Below, piece after piece: positions 18,937 to 28,418 of a stretch of 64,000 nucleotides of DNA. Origin of the DNA: Pseudomonadota bacterium (GTDB lineage Bacteria > Verrucomicrobiota > Verrucomicrobiia > Limisphaerales > SXTU01); NCBI GenBank assembly GCA_009922615.1, contig RFVF01000003.1, positions 13,069 through 77,068 on the forward strand, read 5' to 3'. The notes beneath the pieces were generated by a model, which saw only the letters and a list, made by a program, of their open reading frames with translations, was not told the origin of the DNA and ran no database searches. The stretch's first letter is position 1, and the number at the start of each line of letters is the position of its first letter. Position numbers and translations under genes: made by a program.

Positions 18937-19739
18937 GCGAGGGATGGGGACGCGGTGTCGGGCTTCTCGATGACCGCGTTGATCTGGAGCAAGTTCTTCA
19001 CGACCCAGTCCTTCACGCTGCCGCTCCGCAACGCGTAGCGCGTGAGCGGCCCGCGTCCGCGCGCGAACGCCCGCAGATCGAAGAGCGACACGAGATGAAT
19101 CGCGTCGCGATCGCGCGCCCACTCACGATGAAACACCGACGGATCCGTCGTCACGAGGAACGCGGGCGGCCCGCCCAGCGCGGTCCATGCCCGCCGTCCC
19201 AGTAAGTAAATTGCCGTCAGCCAGCGAACCAACGCTGGGCGGTGATCGAACGACGGCGGCAGGTAAAACGGCACATCGTAGCGCGGGCAGAAGAGGAAAA
19301 GCGCCCCGCCCGGCTCGACCATTTGCCAGGCGAGTTCCAACGTCGCGCGCGGGTTCGTGACGTGCTCGAAGACGAACGTGCTGAAGATGACATCGTAACG
19401 CCCCGTGACCGTTGGGAGATCGCCGATGAACACTTCGTCGGCCTGCGTGCGGAGATAATCGGCGTTCAACCCCGTCACGTCTTGCACGGCGAAGTGCAGG
19501 GCGCGCGCGGAGTAGAATTGCCGGAAGCCCGTGCGGCCCGCGCCGATCTCCAAGGCGCGACAGGAGCCTTTGCGCCGCACGATCGCCTCGATCTTCGGCA
19601 CCACGAAACGCCAGCACTGCGACTGATCGCTCGGCGCGACATACCCGCCGTAGTTGGGCGAGGTCTGGTAGAAGCGGTCGAGCGCCACGCGCAGCGTCGC
19701 GGCGTCGGGATGCGTTTCGTTGACGAGGGGGAGGTTCAT
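18933..19739 (-). CDS. class I SAM-dependent methyltransferase
   Basis: ORF 18933..19817. ATG 19739 (MNLPLV). ALEIGAGRTGF SAM motif, YDVIFSTFVFEHV and GGALFLF. Confidence 0.75.
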   Translation of the reverse strand: MNLPLVNETHPDAATLRVALDRFYQTSPNYGGYVAPSDQSQCWRFVVPKIEAIVRRKGSCRALEIGAGRTGFRQFYSARALHFAVQDVTGLNADYLRTQADEVFIGDLPTVTGRYDVIFSTFVFEHVTNPRATLELAWQMVEPGGALFLFCPRYDVPFYLPPSFDHRPALVRWLTAIYLLGRRAWTALGGPPAFLVTTDPSVFHREWARDRDAIHLVSLFDLRAFARGRGPLTRYALRSGSVKDWVVKNLLQINAVIEKPDTASPSLA

Positions 19740-20284
19740 GCGCGTGGCGGGAGCACCCGGCACGGGTTGCCTGCGTTGATCGTGCGGGGCGGCACGTCGC
19801 GTGTGACCACGGAGCACGCGCCAATCACGGAATCGGCACCCACCGTCACGCCCGGCAGGACGAACGCGCGCGCGCCGACGAACGCGCGCGCGCCGATCAC
19901 GATGGGCGCGGTTTGCAGCGCCAGCGTGGGGCTCGCGAAGTCATGCGTGCCCGTGCAGAGATACGCCTCCTGCGCGACCGTGGCGTCCTCCTCGACGCAA
20001 ATTTCACCGAGTGAATACGCGTTCGCGCGGTCGCCGAGGCACGCGCGATGTCGCATCTCCAAGTTCCACGGCATCGCGATGCGCGCACGCTGATGCACGA
20101 ACGGCACGCCGCTGAGTCGTGCGCCGAACGCCCGGAGCCAGAGCAGCCGCCACGCGTTGAGCGGCTTGGGCGTCCACGCGCAGAACAGCAGCCAGCAATA
20201 TTCCCACACGAGCAGCTTGAGCCGGAATCGCACGGTCCACGGACTGACGTAGGGCGAGGACTGGTTGTGGGTGGTGAAGGCCAT
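19736..20284 (-). CDS. wcaF: hexapeptide-repeat acetyltransferase, WcaF-like
   Basis: LRAFGARLSG ... PWNLEMRHRACLGDRANAYSLGEICVEEDATVAQEAYLCTGTHDF...PIVIG...FVLPGVTVG...NPCRV aligns along its length with E. coli WcaF (from memory). Confidence 0.75.
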   Translation of the reverse strand: MAFTTHNQSSPYVSPWTVRFRLKLLVWEYCWLLFCAWTPKPLNAWRLLWLRAFGARLSGVPFVHQRARIAMPWNLEMRHRACLGDRANAYSLGEICVEEDATVAQEAYLCTGTHDFASPTLALQTAPIVIGARAFVGARAFVLPGVTVGADSVIGACSVVTRDVPPRTINAGNPCRVLPPRA

Positions 20285-21387
20285 CAGGCGAGTAGGGATT
20301 GAAAATCAGCAAGATAACGCGTGGCCACGGTCGGCAGTTCAAACTCCTTGGCCGTCGCGTAAGCGCGGGGCGCAAACGCCGCGAGCCGCTCGGGCGCGGC
20401 CAGTAACTCGCCGAGTTGACGCGCCAGCCCGGCCACGGGATCGGCGGCCCGATGGTCGAAGACAAAGCCATTTTCACCGGCGCGTAGAAAATCCCGGAAG
20501 CACGCGAGATCGGACACGAGCGCGACGCGGCTGCGGGCCATCGCTTCGAGCGGCGCGAGGCCGAAGGTTTCGCCTTTCTCCGCCAGCGACGGATAAACGA
20601 ACAGCGTGGCCGCATCGAACTGCGCGTTGAGTTCGGCTGCGCCAAACAGCGGACCGGTGAACTGGACGCGCTCCGGCGCGGCCAGCGCACGCAGGGATTG
20701 ATAGAAGGCTTCGCCGCCGCCGCCGAACTCCGTCTGCCACGGGCCGACGATGCGCAGTTGGTGCGGGACCGGCAGCTTCGCCACGGCGCGCAGCAGCAAT
20801 TCCAAACCTTTTTCCGGATGCACCCGGCCGAGATAGAGGATCACCGGCGGCTGGGAAGTGGGTTGTGGCGAGACGTGATACTGCGCCGAGGGCAGCGGGT
20901 TGGGCAGCGCGCAGACCTTGTGCGCCAGCGCGGGCACCTGCGCGCGCACGGCGTCGGCCACGGGGTTCGACACGGCCTGCAACCGCGCGGCGCGGCGATA
21001 GAGCCGCATCTGCCGCTTCGGATAACGCGCGACGTGGACGTAGATTTTTCCATGCCGTGGATTACGCACGAGCAGCGGCAGCCAGAACGTGTTCGTGACC
21101 AGAATGTCCGCGTCCGGCAGGGCGCGCACTGCGCGCAGCGAGTAAAGCAAATCTTCGCACTGCCGCCGCAGCATCCCGCGCGGTGAATCGAAGCCCGGCA
21201 GCCGCACGTGCCGCACTCCGTCGCGGGTTTCCGCATCCGGCAGTTGCGGGTGACGGCGAGACACGTGCGTGACCGAGTGTCCGAGTCGCGCAAACTCCTG
21301 CGTGAGCGCGGACCACACTTTCTCCACGCCGCCGCCCATGATGGGCGGGACGGGCAGGAATGCGCCTTGCACAACCGTGATCTTCAT
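20284..21387 (-). CDS. GT4 glycosyltransferase
   Basis: ORF 20284..21720. ATG 21387 (MKITVVQGAFLPVPPIMGGGVEKV). C-terminal EKGETFGLAPLEAMA is an E-x7-E-type motif. Confidence 0.8.
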   Translation of the reverse strand: MKITVVQGAFLPVPPIMGGGVEKVWSALTQEFARLGHSVTHVSRRHPQLPDAETRDGVRHVRLPGFDSPRGMLRRQCEDLLYSLRAVRALPDADILVTNTFWLPLLVRNPRHGKIYVHVARYPKRQMRLYRRAARLQAVSNPVADAVRAQVPALAHKVCALPNPLPSAQYHVSPQPTSQPPVILYLGRVHPEKGLELLLRAVAKLPVPHQLRIVGPWQTEFGGGGEAFYQSLRALAAPERVQFTGPLFGAAELNAQFDAATLFVYPSLAEKGETFGLAPLEAMARSRVALVSDLACFRDFLRAGENGFVFDHRAADPVAGLARQLGELLAAPERLAAFAPRAYATAKEFELPTVATRYLADFQSLLA

Positions 21388-22547
21388 CCGGCCACCCCAC
21401 TTTCGTTCAGCGTCGTCGCAAGCTGTTGGGCGACGCGCTGGATTTCGTAGCGTTGCTCGAAGCAAGCGCGCGCTCGGCGACGCATTTGTGTGTGCTCGGC
21501 CTCCGGAAGCGCGGCCCAGCGGTCCAGCATAGCGGTGGTTTCGGCCAGGGCATCGCGTGCTACAAAGCCTCCACCGTCGCGCTCGATCTCGTGGCAGATG
21601 TTGACCTGATCGGAGATGAGCACGGGCACGCCGCAGGCCAGCGCCTCGACGACGGCGAGGCCGAAATTCTCCTGATGCGAGGCCAGCACAAACGCCTCGG
21701 CGGCCCGCAACGCGCCCCACTTCAATGCGCCTTGCAGCAAGCCAGTCCAGTGGACCCGCTCGCTTACGCCGAGCGCGCTGGCGAGCGTTTTCAACTCGGC
21801 GAACAACTCGGGCGTGCCGGGGCCGGCGATGACCAGATGAAGATTTTTCGCCGGCCCCGAGCGGGCTTGCACGAAGGCGCGCAGCAACAGGTCCACGCCC
21901 TTTTTCTCATGCACGCGCCCGAGGAAGACGAGGTAGCGCCGGCCGCGCAGTTGCGGGTGTGCAGCCAGAAATTGTTCTCGCTCCGACGACGCGTCGCCGC
22001 CCGGATCAGCCGTGCCGAAGCTCACGACGCGCTCGTGGCAGCGGTAGAGCCAGAAGGATTCGCGCGCGAGTTCGCGCTCGCGGTCGCAGGTGAAGAGCGC
22101 CGCCCGCGCGTCGCGGAGGACGCGGTATTCCGCCCACGGCCAGTAGAGCCATTTTTTCAAATGCTTCAGCGGGTAGGTGCGCTTGAACCACGGATCCAGC
22201 ATCCCGTGCGGATAAACGAAGTAGGGCGTGGGCGTGCGGTGCAACGCCCGCCACGCGCCCAAACTGTGGTATTGCCAAAGACCGTCCACGATCACCGCAT
22301 CGAAGTCTCGGGCGTGCGCGCGCAGCCATGGCACGAAGCCCGCCGCGTAGCCGTAGCCGCCGTGGTGATGGCCGAGCGCGTGGAGCGGCAGGGGAAAACC
22401 GGCGACGCCCGGCTCGTCGGGCGCGTCGAGGCTCGCAACGGTGACGCGATGGCCCAGCGCCCCGAGCACGGTGGAGACTTGTTTCAAGCCCTCGACCGGC
22501 CCGCCGCCTGCGGGGTTGACCGACCGAATGACACGCAGCAAGCGCAC
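21384..22547 (-). CDS. GT4 glycosyltransferase
   Basis: MRLLRVIRSVNPAGGGPVEG ... HQENFGLAVVEALACGVPVL (GT4 EX7E). Confidence 0.8.
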   Translation of the reverse strand: MRLLRVIRSVNPAGGGPVEGLKQVSTVLGALGHRVTVASLDAPDEPGVAGFPLPLHALGHHHGGYGYAAGFVPWLRAHARDFDAVIVDGLWQYHSLGAWRALHRTPTPYFVYPHGMLDPWFKRTYPLKHLKKWLYWPWAEYRVLRDARAALFTCDRERELARESFWLYRCHERVVSFGTADPGGDASSEREQFLAAHPQLRGRRYLVFLGRVHEKKGVDLLLRAFVQARSGPAKNLHLVIAGPGTPELFAELKTLASALGVSERVHWTGLLQGALKWGALRAAEAFVLASHQENFGLAVVEALACGVPVLISDQVNICHEIERDGGGFVARDALAETTAMLDRWAALPEAEHTQMRRRARACFEQRYEIQRVAQQLATTLNESGVAG

Positions 22548-22550
22548 GGG

Positions 22551-23630
22551 TTAGCAAGGAATGGGTTGCCGCACCGGCGAGGTGCGGGCGAGTTGGTGCT
22601 CCACGGCCGAGTGGACTTCGGCGACCGAAATGTTGGTGAGGCACTTCAACCGGTGCGCGACGCACTCGTCCAGCGCACACCCGAAACACGGCTCCTGCCG
22701 ATACAAAATCGTGTGACCGTCGCCGCGCGGGAACCACTGGCCGGGCTGGCTGCGGGCGGAGAACACGACGACACAGCGCACGCCGACGCACGCGGCCAGG
22801 TGCATCGGCCCGCTGTCCACGCCTACGAACAGGCGTGCCCGCTCCAGCACGGCGGCGCTCACGCGCGGACCACAGCGGCCCGCCAGATTCGCGCTCGGGC
22901 CGGGCCAATTGGCGGCGAGCCGATCGTTGCGAGCGTGGTCATCGTGCCCCCCCAGCAGCACGAGCGGCTGTGTGGAATGGTGGTGAGCGAGTTGCCCGAG
23001 CAGTTGCTGCCAACGGGCTTCGCCCCAATCCTTGGCCGGGACTTTGGTGCCAACGGCGAGCGCGAGAAACGGCGAAGTAACCTCATTTTCGTCAAGCAAA
23101 CGCCGAGCTTCCGTGCGTTCGCCGGGCGTGAGGCGGAGATCCCACAACAAATCATCCGCCAGCGAGGCCGGGCCGAATGCGGCGAGCCGATCCAACAAAC
23201 GGCGTGCTTCCCACTCGAACTCGGACTGCCCGGGCGCGAGGCGGTAGGCCAATTGGCGGACGCTGAACGGCACGCCGATCACGCGCGGAATGCCGCAGGA
23301 CTTGAAGAACAGCCAGTCGCGCAGGCTTCTCGCCCGGCCCCGCGCGCTGGCGAGGGAGATCACGCCGTCAAACCTCCGCGCGGCGAGTTCGCGGCGCAGC
23401 GCAACCTTCGCCCGCCAGCTACCGAGGCCCACTGGATACGCCAGCACGTGGTCGAACGTCCCGGTGTTTTCGAGCACGGAGGCCAGTGGCGGCGCGGCCC
23501 CGGCGACGGGTTGATTCGTCAGCACCGTGATCTCCGCATTAGGAAACGCGCGACGAATACGGTGAAAGCTCGGCAGCGCGATGACGGTGTCACCGAGGCT
23601 GCCCAAGCGATAAACGAGAATGCGCCTCAT
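22551..23630 (-). CDS. GT9 (heptosyltransferase-family) glycosyltransferase
   Basis: MRRILVYRLGSLGDTVIALPSFHRIR and VGVDSGPMHLAA are classic GT9 motifs. Confidence 0.8.
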   Translation of the reverse strand: MRRILVYRLGSLGDTVIALPSFHRIRRAFPNAEITVLTNQPVAGAAPPLASVLENTGTFDHVLAYPVGLGSWRAKVALRRELAARRFDGVISLASARGRARSLRDWLFFKSCGIPRVIGVPFSVRQLAYRLAPGQSEFEWEARRLLDRLAAFGPASLADDLLWDLRLTPGERTEARRLLDENEVTSPFLALAVGTKVPAKDWGEARWQQLLGQLAHHHSTQPLVLLGGHDDHARNDRLAANWPGPSANLAGRCGPRVSAAVLERARLFVGVDSGPMHLAACVGVRCVVVFSARSQPGQWFPRGDGHTILYRQEPCFGCALDECVAHRLKCLTNISVAEVHSAVEHQLARTSPVRQPIPC

Positions 23631-23633
23631 GCT

Positions 23634-25151
23634 TCAGAAGCGTTCAGCAGTGGCCCGCGCGCGCGTGCCGGCGAGATTGCCGAAGTAGAACGGGCGTTGT
23701 TTGCGCAGCCACGTTTCCGAAATACGAATGAGTTGGCCCAGCGCGTAATAACTCAGCGGAGCCAGCACGAGGCTGATGAGCAGCGAGGCAATCGGATGCT
23801 CCGTGAAGCTGTGCTGGAAATCGCACATGAGAAACACGCACCAAACGTTGCGCTCCAGTGATCCGGTCAGCGTGCGGTAGATCAGCACGAAGGCGGTCAG
23901 CAACACACACGGAACGAGGAACGCCCCCCACCACTTGAAGGCGCTGAAGCTGTCCGCGATGAAGCCGAACGAGACCTGCGTGCCCTCGTCGTTGTCACCG
24001 AGCATCTTCGCTTTGTGGCCGAGGAAATTGCCCGTGTTCATGGCCGGTTTCGAGGGGTTGAGGAAGCGCGGCACGAGCATCCGGAAGCCGTGCGAGATCG
24101 TCTCCCAACCCGAGATGCCATCGTGTAACGTCTCGATCACGAGGATGTCCACCGCCTTCACCATGCTGAAGCGTTCGAGGAAGCCGCTCGCGCCGTGGAA
24201 ATAGGCGAGTCCCTGTTCCGAAGTGTTCTCGTCCACCTCGACGGCTGCGTGCAGTTGGGCAATGGGTTGTCCGGTGCGCACCAACGCATCGATGAAGGCC
24301 GACGTGTGCTCTACGGATTGCACGATGCCGTAGCCGCGCACGAAGTTGCGGGCGACTTGGGAAAACGGAAACAACACCACTTGCGCCAGCAGTCCCAGCG
24401 CGACCAATGCGGCGAAATGCGCAGGGCGAAACGCGTAACCAAAGGCAATGGCCGTCACGGCGAACAGTAGCGGTGGCTCGAACATCATCTGCTTGCTGGC
24501 CGTGAGCAGGCCGAACATGAACATTGCGCCCATCGTGGCGCAGTTCAGCCAGCCGAAGGCCTTCCGTCCGCCGCTGCGCACCAGCGTGTGCGCGGTGCTG
24601 AACACGACGGCGAGTTTCATGGTGAACGAGAGTTGCCGCAAAATCCCCGCGACGCCGCCGACTTGAATCACTCCATCCTCCGCGCCCATCGTGATCATCC
24701 CGAGCATGCTCACCAGGCCGATGCCCGAGGTGAGCCACGCGGCCACGCGCAGCGTTGGCTCGTCTTGAAACGCCGCGAGCAAGGGCTTCTTCACCGTGAA
24801 GGGCCGCGTCAGCACGCCGGCGACGGTGATGCCCGCCAGACCGCACAGGAGCACGAGCAGTGTCGTCACCGGCTCGGATAGCTCCAGATGCGCGGGTTCC
24901 CAGTAGGCGACCTTGCCCACCTGACTCACGACGACGGTTTTCAAACCCAACACGGCGACGCAAAAGCCGGAGACCGTGTGCAGGCCGCCGAGCAAGTTCA
25001 CCGTGAAGGCCATCAGCATGGTGAAAATGAATACCAGCTCGGCAAACAGCAGGTTCGTGCCGCTGGCCACTTGTAGCACGAACAGCGCGACGGCGAAGCC
25101 GAGCGTCCAGTCCAGCCGCACGAACTGGGGGATGGGAATTCTCAGCTGCAC
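23634..25151 (-). CDS. polytopic inner-membrane protein, candidate Wzy-type polymerase (assigned by position only)
   Basis: This is the C-terminal 505 aa of the 884-aa ORF 23634..26288 and has more than 10 hydrophobic segments. A GTG at 25151 overlaps the alternative-frame stop of the upstream gene by 10 nt. Function inferred only from operon context. Confidence 0.45.
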   Translation of the reverse strand: MQLRIPIPQFVRLDWTLGFAVALFVLQVASGTNLLFAELVFIFTMLMAFTVNLLGGLHTVSGFCVAVLGLKTVVVSQVGKVAYWEPAHLELSEPVTTLLVLLCGLAGITVAGVLTRPFTVKKPLLAAFQDEPTLRVAAWLTSGIGLVSMLGMITMGAEDGVIQVGGVAGILRQLSFTMKLAVVFSTAHTLVRSGGRKAFGWLNCATMGAMFMFGLLTASKQMMFEPPLLFAVTAIAFGYAFRPAHFAALVALGLLAQVVLFPFSQVARNFVRGYGIVQSVEHTSAFIDALVRTGQPIAQLHAAVEVDENTSEQGLAYFHGASGFLERFSMVKAVDILVIETLHDGISGWETISHGFRMLVPRFLNPSKPAMNTGNFLGHKAKMLGDNDEGTQVSFGFIADSFSAFKWWGAFLVPCVLLTAFVLIYRTLTGSLERNVWCVFLMCDFQHSFTEHPIASLLISLVLAPLSYYALGQLIRISETWLRKQRPFYFGNLAGTRARATAERF

Positions 25152-26135
25152 AACATGACCCTTCTCGTCGCCGTGCTCCGCGACGGCTCCGTCACGCAAG
25201 CGAGAATGCGCGCCAAGGTGACTTCGTTCCCCAAGCCGAGCGCTTGCGCCCGCTGTTGCCCGGCGGCGGCAATAAAAGACCGCTTCCGTTTCCTCGCGAT
25301 ACATGGCCGAGTGCTCGCGTGTCCGCTCGGCGCACAACAAGCCGCCAATGAACGGAATCTCCGCGCTGCGCTGCGTGTGCCGATCGCGATTGCCGCGCGA
25401 GACCAGGCCGAGGCTGATCTGTGCGCCTTGGATGGCCCTCACGTAGTCCGCGCCCAGCACGCCGGGACCGCGCCACACGCGCCGCAACGCCGGCCACTCC
25501 GGCGCTTTCTCCCAGCGGTTTCCGTAAATCGCCAGCGGCACATCGGCGCGCGCCAACTCCGCGAGCAAGCCGCCGCGCTCCGGCATCCATGTGCCGACAA
25601 ACGCCACCGGCGCACTCCATTTCTCCGCCTCACTGGCGGACCAGGCGATGGGAGCGTGGGCGACTTCATCGTAGCCCCGATAGACTTGCAGCACCGCCCG
25701 CGCGCCGAACGCACGGAACTCAGCGGCGCTTTCGTCACGCACCACGACGCACAGGTCGTAGGCCGGCAAGGCGCGCAGAAACGTCCGCCAGAAGTTGCCG
25801 TCCCGCGTGCCGGTGGGATCGTCGAGATTGTAATTCACCACGCGCCCGCAGCGGGACTTGAGTTCGTTGACCAGCTCGCGGCTGACCATCGCGCCACCGT
25901 CCACCCAGACCAGATCGAACGTTGCTTGGCGCGCCTGCTCCAGCACCCAGCGGCGGACGCGCGCCGCTGCGAGCGTGTAGCCGGTGAGGTAGTGTAGCTT
26001 GCCTAGCACGCGCGAAGGCCGGAGGGCAATCGCGGGATTGAGGTGCCGAACCGTGTGGCCGAGCCGTGTGAGCGCCTGCGCGCGCTGGTTTGCGCTGCTG
26101 CACGGATCGTCATCGCCGAGATAGAAAATCTTCAT
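25142..26135 (-). CDS. CgeB-like (Glyco_trans_1_2) glycosyltransferase with a frame discontinuity near 25269-25277
   Basis: ATG 26135 (MKIFYLGDDDP...). After ...REETEAVFY the main frame becomes Arg-rich with GC3 about 63%. The alternative frame (AAAGQQRAQALGLGNEVTLARIL..., ORF 25142..25348) has GC3 about 86% and ends at TGA 25142. Confidence 0.6.
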
Positions 26136-27265
26136 GGCTCTAGGAGGGCGCGCGCGGCGGCCTCGATGCTGTAGTCGGCGAGTTGCGCGCGGCACCAATC
26201 GAACTCGCGCGGCAACGCGGCCAGCGCGGCGAGTTGTTGCGCCAGTTGCGCCGCGTCCCCGGCGGGGAACACGCGCACGCGCGCCCACGACTGGAATTCC
26301 TCAGCGCAGCCGACTGCATCAGACACCACCGCTGCGCAGCCCGCTTGCAAGGCTTCGTTCACCACGAGGCCCCACGTCTCGCCCAGACGCCGCGAGGGCA
26401 GCACGACGATGTCGGCAGCCAGATAGTAGTCGGCCAACTCGCGTTGATTGATGAAGCCGGTGAAGAGCGCGTTCGTTCCGGCGGAGCGGAGTTCCGTTTC
26501 CATCTCCCCGGAGCCCACGAACAGCAACCGCACGCGCGCCCGCAGCGGCGCCTGCATTTGCGCCGCAGCGGCGATCAGCAGGTCCGGGTTTTTCTTCGCG
26601 ATCAACTTGCCGAAAAACGCGACGGTGACTTCCCCGTCGCGCAGCCCGAGCCTTTGGCGGACGGCCCGACGCCGGTCGGCTTTTTCCGCAGCGCTAATGT
26701 CGCGCAGAGGATCGGCGACACAGTAGCGCGCGGGCCGCAACCGCTCCGGCCGCACGCCGTGGCGGAGCAGATGGCGGCGGTTCAGCTCTCCGATGAAGAA
26801 GGCGCGTTGTAGCGGGCGGTAGAGCGCGTGGTAGCACACGCGGCGGAGCGCGGTCTTCCACGGCGGTCGTTCGAAGGCCGCATCCTGCGTCTCCGAGCGC
26901 AGCCATACGGGGATGCCGAGCCGCAGGGCGGCGAAGTAGGCCGCGAAGTCGAGCTGATAGACGAGGCCGTTGAGCAACAAAGCCGCGGGTCGCTCGTGCC
27001 GAAGTAGGTCAAACACGCCGCGTCCATGCAGGCTGGTGCGGTGCGCGATCGAGTCGCCGCGCTGGTTGTGCAAGACGTGATGCGCGTAGCCGGTGAGCAG
27101 CGGCACGTCCCACTTCACTTCGCGGCCAAAGCCCGGATCGCGCTGGCCACGCGCCGCGCCGTCCGTGCCGAAGATGACTTTGCACGCGCCCGCCCGCAGC
27201 CGCTCCATACACTGGTAAACGGGCACGCGATACTGAATCGGATGGGATTCAAGAATCAGCAGCAT
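26132..27265 (-). CDS. GT4 glycosyltransferase
   Basis: ORF 26132..27478. ATG 27265 (MLLILESHPIQYRVPVY). ETWGLVVNEALQAGCAAVV motif. Confidence 0.75.
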   Translation of the reverse strand: MLLILESHPIQYRVPVYQCMERLRAGACKVIFGTDGAARGQRDPGFGREVKWDVPLLTGYAHHVLHNQRGDSIAHRTSLHGRGVFDLLRHERPAALLLNGLVYQLDFAAYFAALRLGIPVWLRSETQDAAFERPPWKTALRRVCYHALYRPLQRAFFIGELNRRHLLRHGVRPERLRPARYCVADPLRDISAAEKADRRRAVRQRLGLRDGEVTVAFFGKLIAKKNPDLLIAAAAQMQAPLRARVRLLFVGSGEMETELRSAGTNALFTGFINQRELADYYLAADIVVLPSRRLGETWGLVVNEALQAGCAAVVSDAVGCAEEFQSWARVRVFPAGDAAQLAQQLAALAALPREFDWCRAQLADYSIEAAARALLEP

Positions 27266-28418
27266 GGCTATGGGAAAGTTGCTGGCAGAGGGTGAAATAC
27301 TCGCGGCCGTAGGTGTCCCAGCCGCCGAGCGAACGAGCGCTCGCGAACGCGCCTTCCGCGAGCGCGCGTTGCAGCGGCGCGTCGTCCGCGAGTTGTTGCA
27401 GGCGCTCTCGCAACGGCTCGCTCTGGCCGGCGGGAATGACGAAACCGCTGACGCCCGGCGCGATGAGGTCCGGCCCACCAGAATTTTCCGACGCGATCAC
27501 CGGGCAGCCGCAGGCCATCGCCTGGCCCATCACGAGGCCGAAGCCGTCGCTCAGGCTCGGCAGCACCAGCACGTGACTGGTGCTCATGAGCCGGGGCAGT
27601 TCCGCCTGTGGCTGGTGGCCGACGAATGTGACGTGGGGAAACTGTTTGCCCTGACAAAACACCGTCATCTCCGGCGCCATGACGCCGACGAGCACGAGTT
27701 CCTTGCGCGGGTGCCGCAGCGTGGCGAAGGCTTCGAGCAGGTAGGGAATGCCTTTGTTGAAGGAAATCGCGCCGACGAAGAGCACGACGAATTTGTCGGT
27801 CGGCGGCTGGCCGACGCGTTGGAAGCGCGCGAGGTCCATGCCGTAGGCCACGCGGCGCACCCGACTGACCGGCACGCCTTCGCTTACGAATGTGCGTTGC
27901 GCAAACGACGACGGCACGGTGATGAGATCAGCGGCCGCATACTCAGCTTCCTCCTGCGCGCGATCGCGCGGGTCCGTGCCGACGTAGGGCACCTTGCGTT
28001 TGGCAAATTCTTCGCGCAACAGCCGGTCATGCACGGCGATGTGCGCCGAGCCGCGATCACAAATGTATTTCGCGCCACGTGTTTGCGCTCGTCGGCCCGA
28101 GGTAAGCGACACACCGGAAATGCCGACGAACACATCGCAGTCCGGCAAACTGCGCCGCACGAGCCAGTCGTGCGAATGCCGCACGCAGCAAGCCAGTTCG
28201 CGCTCGAGCCAGGGTTGCGTGAGGCCGAGGCGACCGCGCGCGAGGTAAAGCGTCGGCAGCCACGGCAGCGTGCGGACCTTGCTGGCGGGCAGTTGCTCGT
28301 GGCGCAACTTCCAGCGCGGGTAGCCGGTGAAGAGGCATTCCAACGCGCCGCGCTGGTGCAACTGACGCGCGAGGTCGAAGTGGTGGAACTTCCCGTGACA
28401 GGATTGCACGACGCGCAT
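27249..28418 (-). CDS. GT4 glycosyltransferase
   Basis: LSDGFGLVMGQAMACGCPVIASENSGGPDLI is the GT4 C-terminal motif. Confidence 0.8.
   Translation of the reverse strand: MRVVQSCHGKFHHFDLARQLHQRGALECLFTGYPRWKLRHEQLPASKVRTLPWLPTLYLARGRLGLTQPWLERELACCVRHSHDWLVRRSLPDCDVFVGISGVSLTSGRRAQTRGAKYICDRGSAHIAVHDRLLREEFAKRKVPYVGTDPRDRAQEEAEYAAADLITVPSSFAQRTFVSEGVPVSRVRRVAYGMDLARFQRVGQPPTDKFVVLFVGAISFNKGIPYLLEAFATLRHPRKELVLVGVMAPEMTVFCQGKQFPHVTFVGHQPQAELPRLMSTSHVLVLPSLSDGFGLVMGQAMACGCPVIASENSGGPDLIAPGVSGFVIPAGQSEPLRERLQQLADDAPLQRALAEGAFASARSLGGWDTYGREYFTLCQQLSHSHAADS

Noticed and set aside
21426-23861. Very long antisense ORFs in the track: 811 aa at 21426..23861, 522 aa at 27264..28832, 418 aa at 11393..12649, 369 aa at 14398..15507, 365 aa at 17515..18612, 316 aa at 8159..9109, 338 aa at 28923..29939, and others.
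   Set aside because: They are Arg/Gly/His/Pro-rich low-complexity translations lying opposite genes with clear family motifs. This is the typical open-frame artefact of high-GC DNA.
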